64,000 bases of DNA from the human T2T-CHM13v2.0 reference genome, Homo sapiens. Position 1 is the first letter of the stretch. Every line of letters starts with the position of its first letter. The DNA lies in the NCBI RefSeq assembly GCF_009914755.1, contig NC_060940.1, one strand, 5' to 3'. The notes below the pieces were generated by a model. It was given only the letters and a program-made list of their open reading frames with translations, was not told the DNA's origin and ran no database searches. The position numbers and the translations under genes were made by a program. Of the stretch, positions 27,786-44,405 are shown piece after piece.

Positions 27786-28411
27786 TTATAAAAGTTTCAT
27801 TTAATTTAATTTAATTCAAAGAAGAATCCCCTGCTTCCCCACAGAGGAAACGCTGGATTAAAGAAAACAAAATCGTTATCTGAGCCATGAAGCTCAAATT
27901 AGAAATGTTTGAAGATATTGGGTATCTTGCAATCAGAACTGTGCTGGAGAGGGATTCTGGACTACGATGAATCAAAGCATTGATTCGGTCACCAATTCTT
28001 CTCTATTACCACCATGGATTTCAGAATTTACTAATTTTTGCGAGAGCTTCTGAATAATAATACTAATATACAATTCATTTTTCGCACCTAGAAAATTTGC
28101 CTTTCACTTTTTATCAGCCAATATGTTAGATTTATGGATTTTTCTATTATTTTGTCCAACTAATATTAGACCTGAGAGAAAGAAGCCAAGAGATACCTTG
28201 GTGCCAAGATTTTTAGGAATGTCTGCATTTTCTAGGCTTGTGAGTGGAGTCTTGTGACTTCTTGTGGGCCCATAAGAAGAGAACAGAAGGGGCCATTCAC
28301 AAGAGTGTAGGAAAAATGTCATGGGGGCAGTTCTCAAGTCTCCTCTGGTAATGTGACTCCCACTCCCTGGCTTACAAAATGGATTTCACAGAACTGAATA
28401 ATGGATGAGAC

Positions 28412-28747
28412 TGTCTTAGGTCTGGTTCCCTGGCTGGTAAGCTATAAGACAGAGATATGCATGCAGGAAGTTGATCAGGGAGTGACCTAGGGATCAACAT
28501 CTGTAGAAGAATAAAGACAGCAAGATTGGGGCTGCTATATCCCTATTAACATGTCACTGAATGCAGGCTGCACCCCTCCTTTTCCAGGTGGTATGTGATA
28601 TAGGGTAAGTTACCTCTCTTTGGCTAAGGGTGATTCCTGGAAAGGGACTCAGCTGATATCCATTAGCCTCCAAAACTCCCAGCAGTAGAGAACACATGCC
28701 TTCATCTTGAAGGGGAAATCTGAGCCAAGCACCACAGAACCACAAAA
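28412..28747 (-). mobile_element. 3' LTR of the ERVL provirus (internally deleted)
   Basis: 'tgtcttaggtctggttccc...agggactcagctgatatcc...aactcccagcag' matches 34806-35250 with ~110 bp missing. Confidence 0.85.
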
Positions 28748-28999
28748 GATCATTTCTTGCACCATTCAAATTTACTTTCTTTACACAATAAGTTCTAGGA
28801 ACAGTTTCTCCAAAATTCCAATTGGTCTGTTTTGCTCACACCTGATACTCATTACTTCCCTTCTCTACCCATTCTAGATTCCCCTTATCCTTGGATGAGC
28901 ACTTCTGCTGGTCTAGGTGACTTACCTGGTTGGTGACCCAGACCCTTGTCCCTGAGAGGTCCCATATCCTAACCAAATTAGAATGTTGTAGTTGTTCAC

Positions 29000-32374
<3,375 letters not shown>

Positions 32375-33447
32375 AGGACCCTTTTTAAAAGAGCTGTGTG
32401 AATCATTTCCATATATACCTGCCCTTGTATTACAGAATACTTCTTCCTGGAGCCCTGGCCTCCCCTTAAGTCAGTTACAGGTCTAAAAACTAGTCAGATG
32501 CAGATCTGTTCTGTGGACTATAATTTTTTATTGTGACAATTGCTCTCAGCCTCCTGATCATTCATTCTTCATTTCTTTTGATTGTATAGGTTGAGCAATG
32601 TAGTTGTTGGCTGTCCATCTATCTCATCAATAGGAATGCTGGGTTCTATTAACCATCTTCATATCTCTCAGAGGGTCAAGGCCCTGACCTTGTCACTTAC
32701 TACAATAATTGCATCTTCCTTGCTTCTGATGGCTGAGTACTGCCATCTCACCTCTGCTGACTGGAGATTCTGTTGGCATCAACCCTACTGCTATCAAGGA
32801 AATATGATAGGCTAATGACAGCATTTCTTACCATTACCCTGGACTATAGAAGTCAGCCATCACTGGACTTCTCAACAATGTTCATGCCCCTCTCACCAGT
32901 GCATTCCTTTTCATTTTGTAAATAGAGTGCCTTCTGGTCCCACCTGCAGAGCATAGTTGGCTGATGGATTTTTGGCTTTAGGTAATATATCAATTCCAGC
33001 TTGCCAACTTCCTTAAGCTTTTTGATCCCTTCATTCAGAATTATCCTAGAAGTTCTATCATTTTTATGTAACTTGGACCATGATTTTGTCCATGCTTCCA
33101 AGAGCAGCACATGAGTGTGTTACAGTCTTTTGTGTTCCCATATTGATAAGTTCTCCCTTATTCAACTGTCCCTTTGACCCGGGACCCTCAGTATCCAGTC
33201 TCATTCATACTCTTCTATCTCCTGCTGGAATACGTTTGCCAGGTCCTATGGCTCCTTCAAGATATATGCCTGTCCTCTCTTAGCAGGCCCAGGGTTTCCT
33301 CTGCTGACTTTTTTTCATTTGTAACTTAACCCTAGTAATTTGTCTGGTGACAAGGAGATGAGGTGAGGGTAGATCCTGAGGTGGGGGGAGGCAGTGTATG
33401 TTTTCATGCAAAGCAGGGGCTTCTACATAATCATCAAGCGAGGAGAC

Positions 33448-33626
33448 TGCTATGGACTGAATTGTGTACCCGCCCCCCCACCCCAAATTCATGAGTTGAA
33501 GCCTTAACCCTGAATGTAACCGTATCTGAAGATAGAGCTCTTAGGCAGTAATTAAGGTTAAATGATGCCATTAGAGTAGGACCCTAATCTGATAATATTG
33601 GTGGCTTTATAAAAAGAGGAAGATAA

Positions 33627-33661
<35 letters not shown>

Positions 33662-33850
33662 ACATGAAGACACAGTGTGAAGGCAGCTGTCTGCAAGCCA
33701 GGAAGAGAGCCCTCCCCAGAACCTGACTATGCTGGCACCCTGATCTCAGTCTGTAAGAAAAGAAATTTCTGTTGTTTAAACCACCCAACCTATGGTATTT
33801 TGTTATGGAAGTCCAAGCTGACTAAGACAGATTTTGGTACCAAGGAGGTG
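33448..33850 (+). mobile_element. MLT1A-like MaLR LTR plus short internal stub, nested in ERVL gag
   Basis: 'tgctatggactgaattgtgt...gctgactaagaca' followed by 'gattttggtaccaaggag'. Confidence 0.85.
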
Positions 33851-34230
33851 CTAGTCTTTAATGGGGAGGAGTGGACCCCTTCTTTCAGCTCAGGGTATTA
33901 AGAAGGATCTGTGGATTCAAGACTTTTGAATGCCTCAACCAGATGTTCCCACATCCCTTATCTTAGTGTCCCATTCCTTCCTAAACTTGACCCTTGTAAA
34001 GCAGATTTGTCAAGGTTGAGAATTAAACCACCACTAGTCCTTGATGCTCTATTAATTAAATATGGGGCTTGATCCTTAGCTTTTTATGTCATTTGGTCAC
34101 AAAGGATGAAAGCCTCTTTTACATACAGCCAAAGATGCCATATGACTTTCAACTTTGCCTTTACAAACTCCGCCAGCCATTCATTGTTTTTTCTTAATGC
34201 ATGGACTATCACAAAAACCATCTAATTCTA

Positions 34231-34540
34231 GGCAGGGCATGGCGGCTTAGCAATTTGGGATGCCAAGGCTGGAAGAGTGCCTGAGCGCAGGAGTTCAAGA
34301 CCAGCCTGGGCAATATGGTGAAACCCCATCTCTACTAAAAATACCCCAAATTAGCAGAGTGTGGTTGTGCATGCCTGTAGTCGCAGCTAGTCAGGAGGCT
34401 AAAGCACGAGAATCGCTTGAACCTGGGAGGCGGTTGTTGCGGTGAGCCGATATTGGGCCACTGCCACTTCAGCCTGGGAGATGGAGTGAGACTCTGTCTA
34501 CATAGATACACACACACAAACACACACACACACACACAAA
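34231..34540 (+). mobile_element. Diverged Alu with (CA)n tail, nested in ERVL gag
   Basis: Alu dimer with a small 5' deletion; TSD aaaaccatctaattc on both sides. Confidence 0.92.
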
Positions 34541-34805
34541 ACCATCTAATTCCACAGTCCTTATAATCATGACTTCCCTTACACTTTTCAAAAGCCTGAG
34601 ACAATGCCCCTTCCAGGATATTCTCTTCCACTACTATCCCACCTTGTTCAGCACTGGGGAGTTTTAATAACTGCATTGCTCCAGCATTATCCATGCTTCA
34701 CCCCTCAGCCAGTGGCGGTGTTCTCACTGTCAGGTGGTTAACAGGGGATCCAGCTCCAAAACTCCATTTTGGGGTCTGCTTCTTTAAACCACTCTTGACA
34801 CCAAT

Positions 34806-35250
34806 TGTCTTAGGCTCGGTTTCTAAGGAAACTGACTCTGAAATAGAGTTTCCCCAGAGGAAGCTGATTGAGGAGGATCTTCAGAACCACATCTGTTGGG
34901 GAGGGGAAGAAGTAGGATTGTTCAAAAGGATAGGTTGGGCTGTGATGCAGCCACAGTTAGCATCAATTAGCTTCAGTTAACCCCACAGGAGCTCTGGGGC
35001 TGGGAGCACCCTCTTTGCCTCACTTTGAGGCAAGGGGATTGGGTCTTTATATCCCACATAATGGAGTCATTGTCTGGAAGTTGTTCCTGTGAAGAGGTCA
35101 TAACCTTGGGTGAGACAGCTCTCTTCATCTGAGGACAACTTCTGGAGAGCATCTCAGCTGATATCTGTCAGCCAACGACACTCCAGCAATGGGGGGATGA
35201 GCACCTTTGTCCGATAGGAACCTGGGTGGCGCATCCCAGCATCCACTAGA
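34806..35250 (-). mobile_element. 5' LTR of the ERVL provirus (LTR16C-like)
   Basis: 'tgtcttaggctcggtttctaaggaaactgactctga...gcatcccagcatccactaga'; adjacent PBS. Confidence 0.85.
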
Positions 35251-35447
35251 GAGGGGATTATCAAAGGCTTCACTGGGATGAAGTATTGTTTTCCTTTCTC
35301 TCATGAATTATGTCTTCTTCAAGGTATCCATGTGGAGGCTGAGTCAAAGACATTGATTGCCCTGGTTCCTGGGCAGTCCAGACAGAGGACATGAAATCAA
35401 TAAAATCATCAAAAATTTTGTAAGCTAGAAAAATGGTTATTTCATAC

Positions 35448-35850
35448 ATGTGGCACTGACTTCTATTTGTTCAACAAAACCCATTTCCTCCTGAGCACAC
35501 ACCCGTCTCTTTTGTAGTTATGTAGTCATGACTGAATTCTGGCCAAGGAAGTGTGCGTAAAGTGAATGTGTCTGTCCTAGTGGCCCATAAAAACCTTTCC
35601 ATATGCTATTTTCTCTCTCTTCTCCTCTCTTCCAGCTGAATTTAAAGGATGCAGCAGGCCACTCCAGGGCCACAGAGGATGCTAAAGTTATAAGATAGAA
35701 GGACTCTGTGTCCCTGGATCAGCACGTGAAGGTCAACAACCAAACACCTACAGTGCATTATGTGAGCAAGAAATAAAATTCCAGTGTGCTAGGCCACTGA
35801 GATTTTAAGGCTGTTTATTACAACTCATCTGCTTGGACAAAGACAGTAAT
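35448..35850 (+). mobile_element. MaLR LTR (MLT1I/J-like)
   Basis: 'tgactgaattctggccaaggaagtgtg', 'tgtgagcaagaaataaaattccagtgtgctaggccactgagatttt'. Confidence 0.7.
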
Positions 35851-36019
35851 TTATCCCAGATGCCAGAGCTTTTTAGAGAAGAGTCATTGTGTTAATAACA
35901 GAAAACCTAATGGAAAATAGAAAGAGTTAATCCAAACACAGCACACTGTGAACATTTAGCTCCCATTGTCTGCATCTTCAAGGTCCTTATTCAAGGTCTA
36001 TATTCTCTGACCACATTAG

Positions 36020-36270
36020 GAAACAGTAGGGTACAGCCCTGGATTCGCACTGTGAGTTCAGATCCTGGCTCTGCCACTCATTTGTTGTATGACCTTGGGA
36101 AAATCATTAAATTTCTGTAAGCCTGAGTTTTCTCATTTGCACAATGTGCATAACAACATGGCCTACCTCATAGGGATCTTGTGAAGTTTCAATGAGGAAA
36201 GGTAGGCAAGATGCTAAACACTGCAGCTGACACATCAATGAACAGAAAATGTCATTCTTTACTACTATTA
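36020..36270 (+). mobile_element. MIR
   Basis: 'gagttcagatcctggctctgccactca...tgaccttggg...gcctgagttttctcatttg'. Confidence 0.8.
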
Positions 36271-36869
36271 TTGGCCACATTTGAGCCTCAGGAAATCCCA
36301 AGAGGTAAGAAGGTATCTTTATTCCTATTTTACGGGCTGGGAACTTGGAGCTGTAGACTTTTCCAAGGCCCCTATCAGCAAGCAGTATCCCACCCCGGAC
36401 TTTGGATCTTGCAACTCCTGATTTCCTGCTATTCCATGCACGATGGCCACTTTCCCTCTACGTCTCAGTCATGACACTCACAGCCACCTCAGAGGTGGTT
36501 TCACTGTTTCCTGTTAAGATGCCTTTTCCGATGAAGGCTGCTGTGGCACAGCTGATGCCTAAGCTGACAGCTCTCACTGCTAAGGTGCCATGTCATTGCC
36601 AGGCATGCAGGAAAGTCTGCTCATTCCTGCCTGTAGGCACTCTCTGGCCTCTGCTCCCCATCATCCTTCCTCCTCCCCACAGCCAGGTCTGCATGGGGGC
36701 CAGTGCACCTCATTAGCATCTCCCACAAGCACAGGTGCTAGACTTACATGGGAGGACTCTCCCTAGGGAGATACACTCAAGTATTTAGTGGTTACTGTAC
36801 CATAGTATTTTCTCAAAGGACAACATTTAAGAGGCAGGGTGGTGTATCAGAAGAGGAAAGGATTTATAT

Positions 36870-37422
36870 TTTATATTAGTTAGGATTCATTCAGGTACAA
36901 ATAAATGACACCAACCCAAGACAGCATAAGCTATTTCTATTGATCTATCTATCTATCTATCTATCTATCCATCTCTATCATCTATCGATCTACATACTAT
37001 CTATCTTTCTATCATCTATATATTTATCCATCTATCCATCTCTACCTATCTATCATCTATCTATCGATCTATTATCTATTTAGCCATTTATCCATCTCTT
37101 TCTATCTACCTATCTATCATCTATTTATCCATATATCTATCTATACCTATCTATCATCTATCTATCGACCTATCTATAATCTACTCTTCTATTATCTATC
37201 TATCCGTCTATCCATCTCTATCTATCTATCTACCTATCATCTCTCTATCTACCTACCTATCATCTGTCTATCCATCTCTATCTATCTACCTACCTATCTA
37301 TCATCTATCTATCTACCTATCATCTATCTGTCTATCTGTCTGTCTGTCTGTGTATCTAGCTATCATCTATCTACCTATCTACTATCTATCTGCCACCTCT
37401 CTATCTACCTATTATCTATCTA

Positions 37423-37458
<36 letters not shown>

Positions 37459-37950
37459 CCTACCTATCTATCTATCTACCTATCTATCAGTTCCTCTTTC
37501 TAGTACTATGACTGGTTTCAAGCTCTGCTGGATCCAGAAGCTTCAATAATTGTATCAGGACCTGACCTCACACTGTCTCTCAGTTCCAGTTTTCCTTGTC
37601 TTATGTCCATTCTCAAATAGAATTTTTTTGGTGGCTCCCAGACAATCTCTTTAGAATGGGAGATTTTCTGTTTTCAAGAATTTCAACAAAAGTCCCGGAA
37701 CCAAACCTTGCTGACTCCACTTGGACTGTGTGCTTCTTCCTGAGCCTGTCACTGTCATGGTGCTCTGGTTGGCTAGGCCTGGGACACCTGCTTCACCTGC
37801 TTCTCTCTGGAGTTGGGGGGAGTCAGCTGCATTTGAAACACATGGACGGAAAATGGGAGAAGTGTGATTCTATAAAGAAAGTTAGGAGGTGATGTTGCTA
37901 TTGAAGGGAAAAGGGAAACTGGTCAGACAGAAAGAAATAAATGCCAGTAC
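36870..37950 (-). mobile_element. Old MLT1-type LTR split by a tetranucleotide array
   Basis: 'ttagttaggattcattcagg' before, and 'gctggatccagaagcttcaataattgtatcagg' after, the array. Confidence 0.55.
36932..37489. repeat. Complex (TCTA)n/(TCTG)n/(CCTA)n array, ~550 bp
   Basis: Directly visible. Confidence 0.97.
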
Positions 37951-40506
37951 ATCTAGGATTTTAGCAGCATGGAGTCTGGTTCCTGGCCCTAGCTTTCGTC
38001 ATTTCTAGGGACTCAAGCAAGTCATCTTTTTCTTTGCTACAGTTTCTTTGTTGTGGAGATTTGTCTCTTGAATCCTAATTTTCTGTACTTTTACTTGGAT
38101 ACTTCCCAGGGTACTCACGATAGTATCCATTGCAGAGTTCAGAACTGACTTGTGCTTGCACTGAGGTGCAATGAATGTTTATATTTCTATTGTACGGTAG
38201 AAAAATTGCCTAATCAATTTTTCAAATTACCTCACATCAGCTGACACATCAGTGACATGTTACATTTCTCCTTGATCTCAGGAGATGCCTACTTCTTAAA
38301 TATCAACAGCTGGTGTTTGGTTTTAAATTTCTTCTGTGCAACTGTCCCCATAGGGTCTCAGTTGGGTTCCAATTCTTGAACTGGTAATATTGCTTTAGAA
38401 AGCAGGATCTTTATAATAATAAACATTCTGTGTGCTTCTAAAATTCAGATAAACTGCTTAGATAACAGAAGGGTTATTAAAAGGTACAAGTTCTCATTGT
38501 TAATATTTTTAGTATATAATAATAATTATTATTTATCATTTATTGAACACTCCTAGGTGCCAAGAACTGTACTAAATATTTTACATACACACTCTCACTT
38601 AATCCTCTCAAAATGCTCCCAAGTCCTCTCTCCAGTCTGAGTATTGGAGGTTCTTGTGTTTTCTTCTTTCCCTTTTCACCATCCACACCATCCTATTCTT
38701 TGTAAGCAGTGTTTTCTAATATATAGCTCACCTTCTTCTCTGGCTTCTCTGTTTGTTTTTGCTTCCAGATTTATTCATTGCTTCTGTTAGGGTCACAAGT
38801 GGCCAGGTGATATCCAGGTAACACATACTCCTTTTGAATGCAGAAGGTAAGGAAGAAACATCAAACCAACAGCTCCTTAGGCCAGAAGTGGCTCCCCTCC
38901 AACACCAAAAGCCATGCTCACTTGGAGAGGCAGGGCAGAAAATTCAACACACAGACCCTGTCAATGTTGCTGAATGAGGGTAGCAGTGCTGTGTAAGTCA
39001 GGGGAGGCTGTGGTAACCCCTGGGAGTAACCTTTTCCATGCCGTGTGTCCACAGAGCAGGGCAAGGCCAGCCCTAGAGCTAAAGAGATCCACACTGGTGG
39101 GAGAACAGACGTTCCAAGGAATGCCAGAGGGGCCTCGTGAGCTTAAAACTAACAAATGAACAAAGTCAGTTTGAGACAAATAATTAGGTAGGTGTCCTCA
39201 GTGCCCGGCATTAATATGTTTGTGTTTGTACACCAGCAAGCCCTTAATAAATATGTTCTTTCCTGTCCCATAGAAATAGTCTGTAAATAAATAACAGGAC
39301 ATCCCACTTTTGCTGACAAATCATTTTTCCTTTCTATCTGGGTGCCAGTTGCACTTTATAAATGACTTTAATTTACAGTGCATTATGTTTCCTTGTATTT
39401 CTTGCCTCTAAATCCCCATGCAATATTTTGTATCCATTCCCATGATAGTTTAACTGTCTTTAACCTTTTCAGTGAGGGGTGTGTGTGTATGAGTATAAAT
39501 ATGTGTGTTTGTGTGTATTTGTGTGTGTCTGTGTGTGAGTATCTGTGTGTGTTTGATAACACCATACATTTCATTCCATCATTTCTAAATGGATCAACTC
39601 AACATTGTCATTTTTGCCATGTGTTTTATGATCATTGTCTTTCTATGAACATCAGTTGTGTTTGCTTTGTGGAAATCTGGTCCCTGGATGGCTGCGGCCA
39701 GAGCAAGCTGATCACCTTTGGTGTGAACAGACATTGAGTTGGGCTGGGGGAGTTCATTGTGGAAGTCAAAGCGGATGTCACTGACCAGACTTGTCAACCA
39801 TTTCAAGTGAAATTCTCTAAAAACTCACCTGAAGCTTTCCCCAGAAAACACCAAGGTGCAGTATTCAACAAAAGGCAAACTAATAAGAACTACTATTTAT
39901 TAGGTACCTACTGTGTGCAAAGTCTTCTACTTGTACAGTTTCATTAATCTTCATAAAAATGCCCTAGGAGGTGGGTATTATCATCATCATCTCCACCTGA
40001 GAGCTTGAAACTGAAGCTCAGAGAAAGTGAAGTTAGTAAAAAGCTCAGCTGCATTTGAATCTGTCACCAAAGTCTTCCTCGTCTTGAATCTGACTCTACA
40101 GGGTGCGGGGATAAGGACTTTGCATACAGAGTCAGGCTATTTTGCCAGTGTTGTGTGCTCTTTCCTTGTAGCTTGGCCCTAGGCTGCCCATGAGTTTGCC
40201 AAAGGTGTACTGTAGCCCACTCTGAGGCAGGTCAGGGCAGAGCACTGAGGTTGTGCGGTTGAATGCAACTGACCCTGGTGCCTGAGATTCTCACAATCTA
40301 GTGAACTCCTAGACAAGCCAACAGACACCCCCACTCCATTGCAAAGTAGAGACCCATCCATCCATCCATTCACTCATTCATACAACAAATATTTATTCAA
40401 CTCCGTGCTAGGCACTGTTGTAAGTACTGGGGTTACAAGACAGACAATAGCTCTGAGCTCACACTAAACAAACTAGTAACATAACAGCCAATAATTAAGA
40501 GTGTTC

Positions 40507-41060
40507 TGTCTTAGTTTTGTAGTGCTGCCACAGCACACTACCATGAATCTAACAGCTTAAAACAACAAACATGTATTATCTCACTGTTCTGTAGGTCAGA
40601 AGTCCAGAAAGGCACATGTGAGCTCTCTGCTCCAAGTCTCACTAGGCCGACATCAAAGTGTCAGCCATCTGGACTCCTATCAGGAGGCTCTGGAAAGAAT
40701 CTTCCAGGCTCGTTCCGACTGCTGGCAGAACAGCCAGTTCCCTGTGGCTGCAGAACAGAGGTCCCTGCTTCCTTGCTGGCTGCAGCCTGGGGCCACTCTG
40801 TCAGCCTCTGGAGGCTGCCCGCCTTCCTTCTCATCTCATGGACCCTACACCTCTTCTCATCAGCTACTGTGCATGCTTGGAATCTTGCTGCTTTCCTTTT
40901 CTGCCCTTACTCTCCGCATTTAAGGGCTCATATGCTTGTATGAATCTACATGGATAATCCACAATTATTAATATCTCCCTATCTTAAGGTCAACTGATAA
41001 GTAACATTTATTACATCTGCCGAGTCTCTTTTTTCCCCATAAAATTACACCCTCATATGT
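40507..41060 (-). mobile_element. MaLR LTR (MLT1D/E/F-like)
   Basis: 'gcttaaaacaacaaacatgtattatctcactgttctgtaggtcagaagtcc', 'atcttaaggtcaactgat'. Confidence 0.8.
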
Positions 41061-41109
41061 ATACCAAGGGGCAAGGAGGGCCAAAATGCAGAAAAAAATA
41101 ATGTGATCA

Positions 41110-41560
41110 TCATTCATTCAACAAATACTTATTGAGCACCTATTATACACCAGGCACTGTTCTAAGTGCTGGTTATACCTAGCCTCCTGGAGCTTACCTT
41201 TTAGTGAGAAAAAGACACCAAAAAACAAGAATAAATGGGTAGAAGTATATGCTGTGTTTGGCATTGATAAATGCTATGGAGAAAGATACATTGAGACAAG
41301 TCTAGGGAGGCATTGGGAATGTGGTTATACTTTGAAACAGAGTGGTCAGGGAAGGGCTCACTGAGAAATTCAAGGAAGAGAGAAAGCACACCATGCATGT
41401 AACTGGGAAAAAATTTTCTGGAAAGAAAGAACAGTAGGTGCAAAAGTGGTGAGGTGGGGGCATGCCCCACAGGTTCAAGGAGCAGCAAGGGAAGCAGTAA
41501 AGTAATAAAACAGGAACGAGAAGGACCCTCGGAGAGAGCAACGACCAGGTCATGTGAAGC
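41110..41560 (-). mobile_element. L2 fragment
   Basis: 'cattcattcaacaaatacttattgagcacct', 'agtggtcagggaagggctcactgag'. Confidence 0.8.
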
Positions 41561-41637
41561 TGGGGCATGGCGTGATGGTAAGAGGAGGTGCAGGGTGGAG
41601 ACGGAGGTGCTGATTTAATTTTTGTGGTCAGAGAAGG

Positions 41638-42127
41638 TGTGTATTGGTCAGCTATTTTTGTACAACACATTAGCAATTCAAAATCACAGATGTTTGTTTT
41701 CTCAGTTTTTAAGGGTCAGGAATCTGGAAGTGGCTTACCTGGAGTGGGTCTGGCTAAGGGTCTCTCACAAGTCTGTAATCAAGTTGTCAGCTGGGAGCTC
41801 AGTCATCCGAGGCTTGACTGAAGCTGGTGGATTTGCCCCCACATGCAGTTGTTGGCCTGCAACTTCTGCTCCTTGCCAAGCACGTCTCTGCACGGGACAG
41901 CTGGAATAGCTTTCCCCAGCGCAAATGATCTGCAGGAGAGGAAGATGTCACACTGTCTTTTATGACAGTCTCTGAAACACACACACACATGCACACACAC
42001 ACCTTATTTTGTTCTTTAGACCCAAGTCACTAGGTCCAGCCCTCACTCAACAGGAAGTAACTACACAAGATTGTGAATACCAAGAGGTGGGTGTCACTGG
42101 GGCCACCTCGGAGGCTGGCTGCCACAG
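41638..42127 (-). mobile_element. MaLR LTR (MLT1F/G-like)
   Basis: 'gggtcaggaatctggaagtggctta', 'aagtcactaggtccagccc', ending 'ggaggctggctgccaca'. Confidence 0.75.
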
Positions 42128-42719
42128 AAGCCTTCTCAAGAGATGGGATATTTGATCTGAGGGCTCAATAATGAGAACGGTCCAGCCAGCTCTTCCAGGG
42201 CAGCCGGCTCTTTCAGACAATAAGCCTGAAAGAAGCTGCACCTGCTCCTTGGACAGAGAGAATGAGATATTCGCACAGACTGTGGTTCTCTTCATTCTCA
42301 CCAAGTCCAGACTCATCATGCCTCCTCCACCTCTTCAAATGCTTCCCTTCTTCCTCCTCCACTTTCCTTTCCCATCAGGCCAGTGGAGTTTATAGTTGAA
42401 ACTGCATGCCCCGGGTGTTCCTGATCCCCTGCTCTTTGCTTAGGCTATTCTCCTACCCAACATGCCACCACCTCTTCCCTACTTCCCTAAACATGGACGA
42501 TACTGAGACCCAACCCAAGCCACCACCTCCTCTCAGAAGCCTCCCCTGTTGTTGCAGCCCATATTGATCCTTTTTCTGAATCAAGGACGCCTCATAGCAG
42601 CCTTGGATTAACAGAAAGTCTGGTCCCATTTCTATCTGTGACTCATGTCTCCAACTCCATTGTAAGCTCCTGGGTACAAGGGCTGTGTTGTACTCACTCC
42701 CGACGTTCCTAAAGACCCC

Positions 42720-43215
42720 TGCCACAGTTGGAGTCCTGGTGGTCAAGAAATGGCTTACCCAGATGGGGTTATTTTCGTAGTATTTTATTAATACTCTGAA
42801 ACAAGACTTGTTTACAAAGTTTAGAGAAACTAATAAAGGATAGTATGGTATCCAGGACTGGCCAAAGCAGGGAGCCAATACCCCCACCCGCATCCCCCCA
42901 TCAGAGGCATGAAGGAGCAAAGGGAGCTGGCAGTTCCCCAAACTGGGGAGAATAATGTAAAGGAAGAGCCACCTGATGGGAGAGGTGTCCTGCGGGGCCA
43001 AGCCACAATGACCTGGCAGGAGAGAACGAGGAATAAAGCCTCACCTCTTGCTCCTCCCATCTTCCTATCCTCATTGGCAGCTTTCATCAGCCAAATGCAA
43101 GCAGAAGCCAGGAGGCAGGGGAGTCGGACCATGTAGTTCACATAGGTCAGCCCCTGAGGTGCAGCAGAGTGGAGAAGAGTAGAGAAGCAATCTGGAGAAG
43201 CCAAAAGACTCCACA
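42720..43215 (-). mobile_element. ERVL solo LTR (LTR33/LTR41 group)
   Basis: 'cagaagccaggaggcagggga...cataggtcagcccc...agagtggagaagagtagagaagcaatctggag'. Confidence 0.65.
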
Positions 43216-44046
43216 GTGTAAGACTCAGAGCTGGAAGCCTGCTTGGTTCTCTAGTGCCTCCTCCCAGCCTGGTACCCAAATCTCTGCTGACAAGACATCT
43301 GCCCCATCTGCAGTCCCTTCTCCCATACAGTTAATGTGGCTCCATAGCTGTCTAAAAAGTGCATCTCTGAACCATTGACTTTGTGATGTAAATATCCCAA
43401 GAAAGCAAATCATATTTGTGCTGGGGTTGACCCTTTTCATGTTCATGGTAAGCTGACAACGAAAGTAGGATCTTTACTCCCTGGCGAGAGCAGGTGCCTC
43501 CATGATTAAGGAGCATGTTGGAAAGGGTGGGAACATTGGGCTCTATGATAATTGGCCCGTTCTTCCATCTGGTCCCTTTACAATGCTTGGAATTTATAAA
43601 GCCACTGCTGGAGTTTATGCAAAATCTCTTACTTTTAATTAAGTGGCCTAGTTTCAGTAAATAGTGTGACAGGGATGAATCTATCAGTAGGGACTGATGT
43701 TATGAGCAAAAGAGCTACCAGGACTGGTGGAAATGCAGTCCCCATATGGAGAGACTTGGAGGGAGCTGCTCTGGCAGGACGCTGCCATTTCAGTGATCAC
43801 AGACCAAACAGAAGCCTCCAGACGCAATTCTGGAGTGAAATGAAGCCAAGACTGTCTGCTTCCTAGGAGAATAGCTGCAGACCCTAGACTGCCCTGTGGA
43901 CGCCGCAAGCCCAGAACTCACACAGCCGAAAGGGGCTTATGGACCATCTTCCCAGCTGCTGGGCCCAGGGCCAAAGATGGGGGTGGATCCGTGGTGCAGT
44001 TTTCACCACAGTCCAAAGAGAAGTGAGAAAAATGACAACAAAGTCA

Positions 44047-44405
<359 letters not shown>

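Noticed and set aside
42453-43279. 182-aa and 149-aa minus-strand ORFs
   Set aside because: Overlap an ERVL LTR and L2 relic; no recognisable domain
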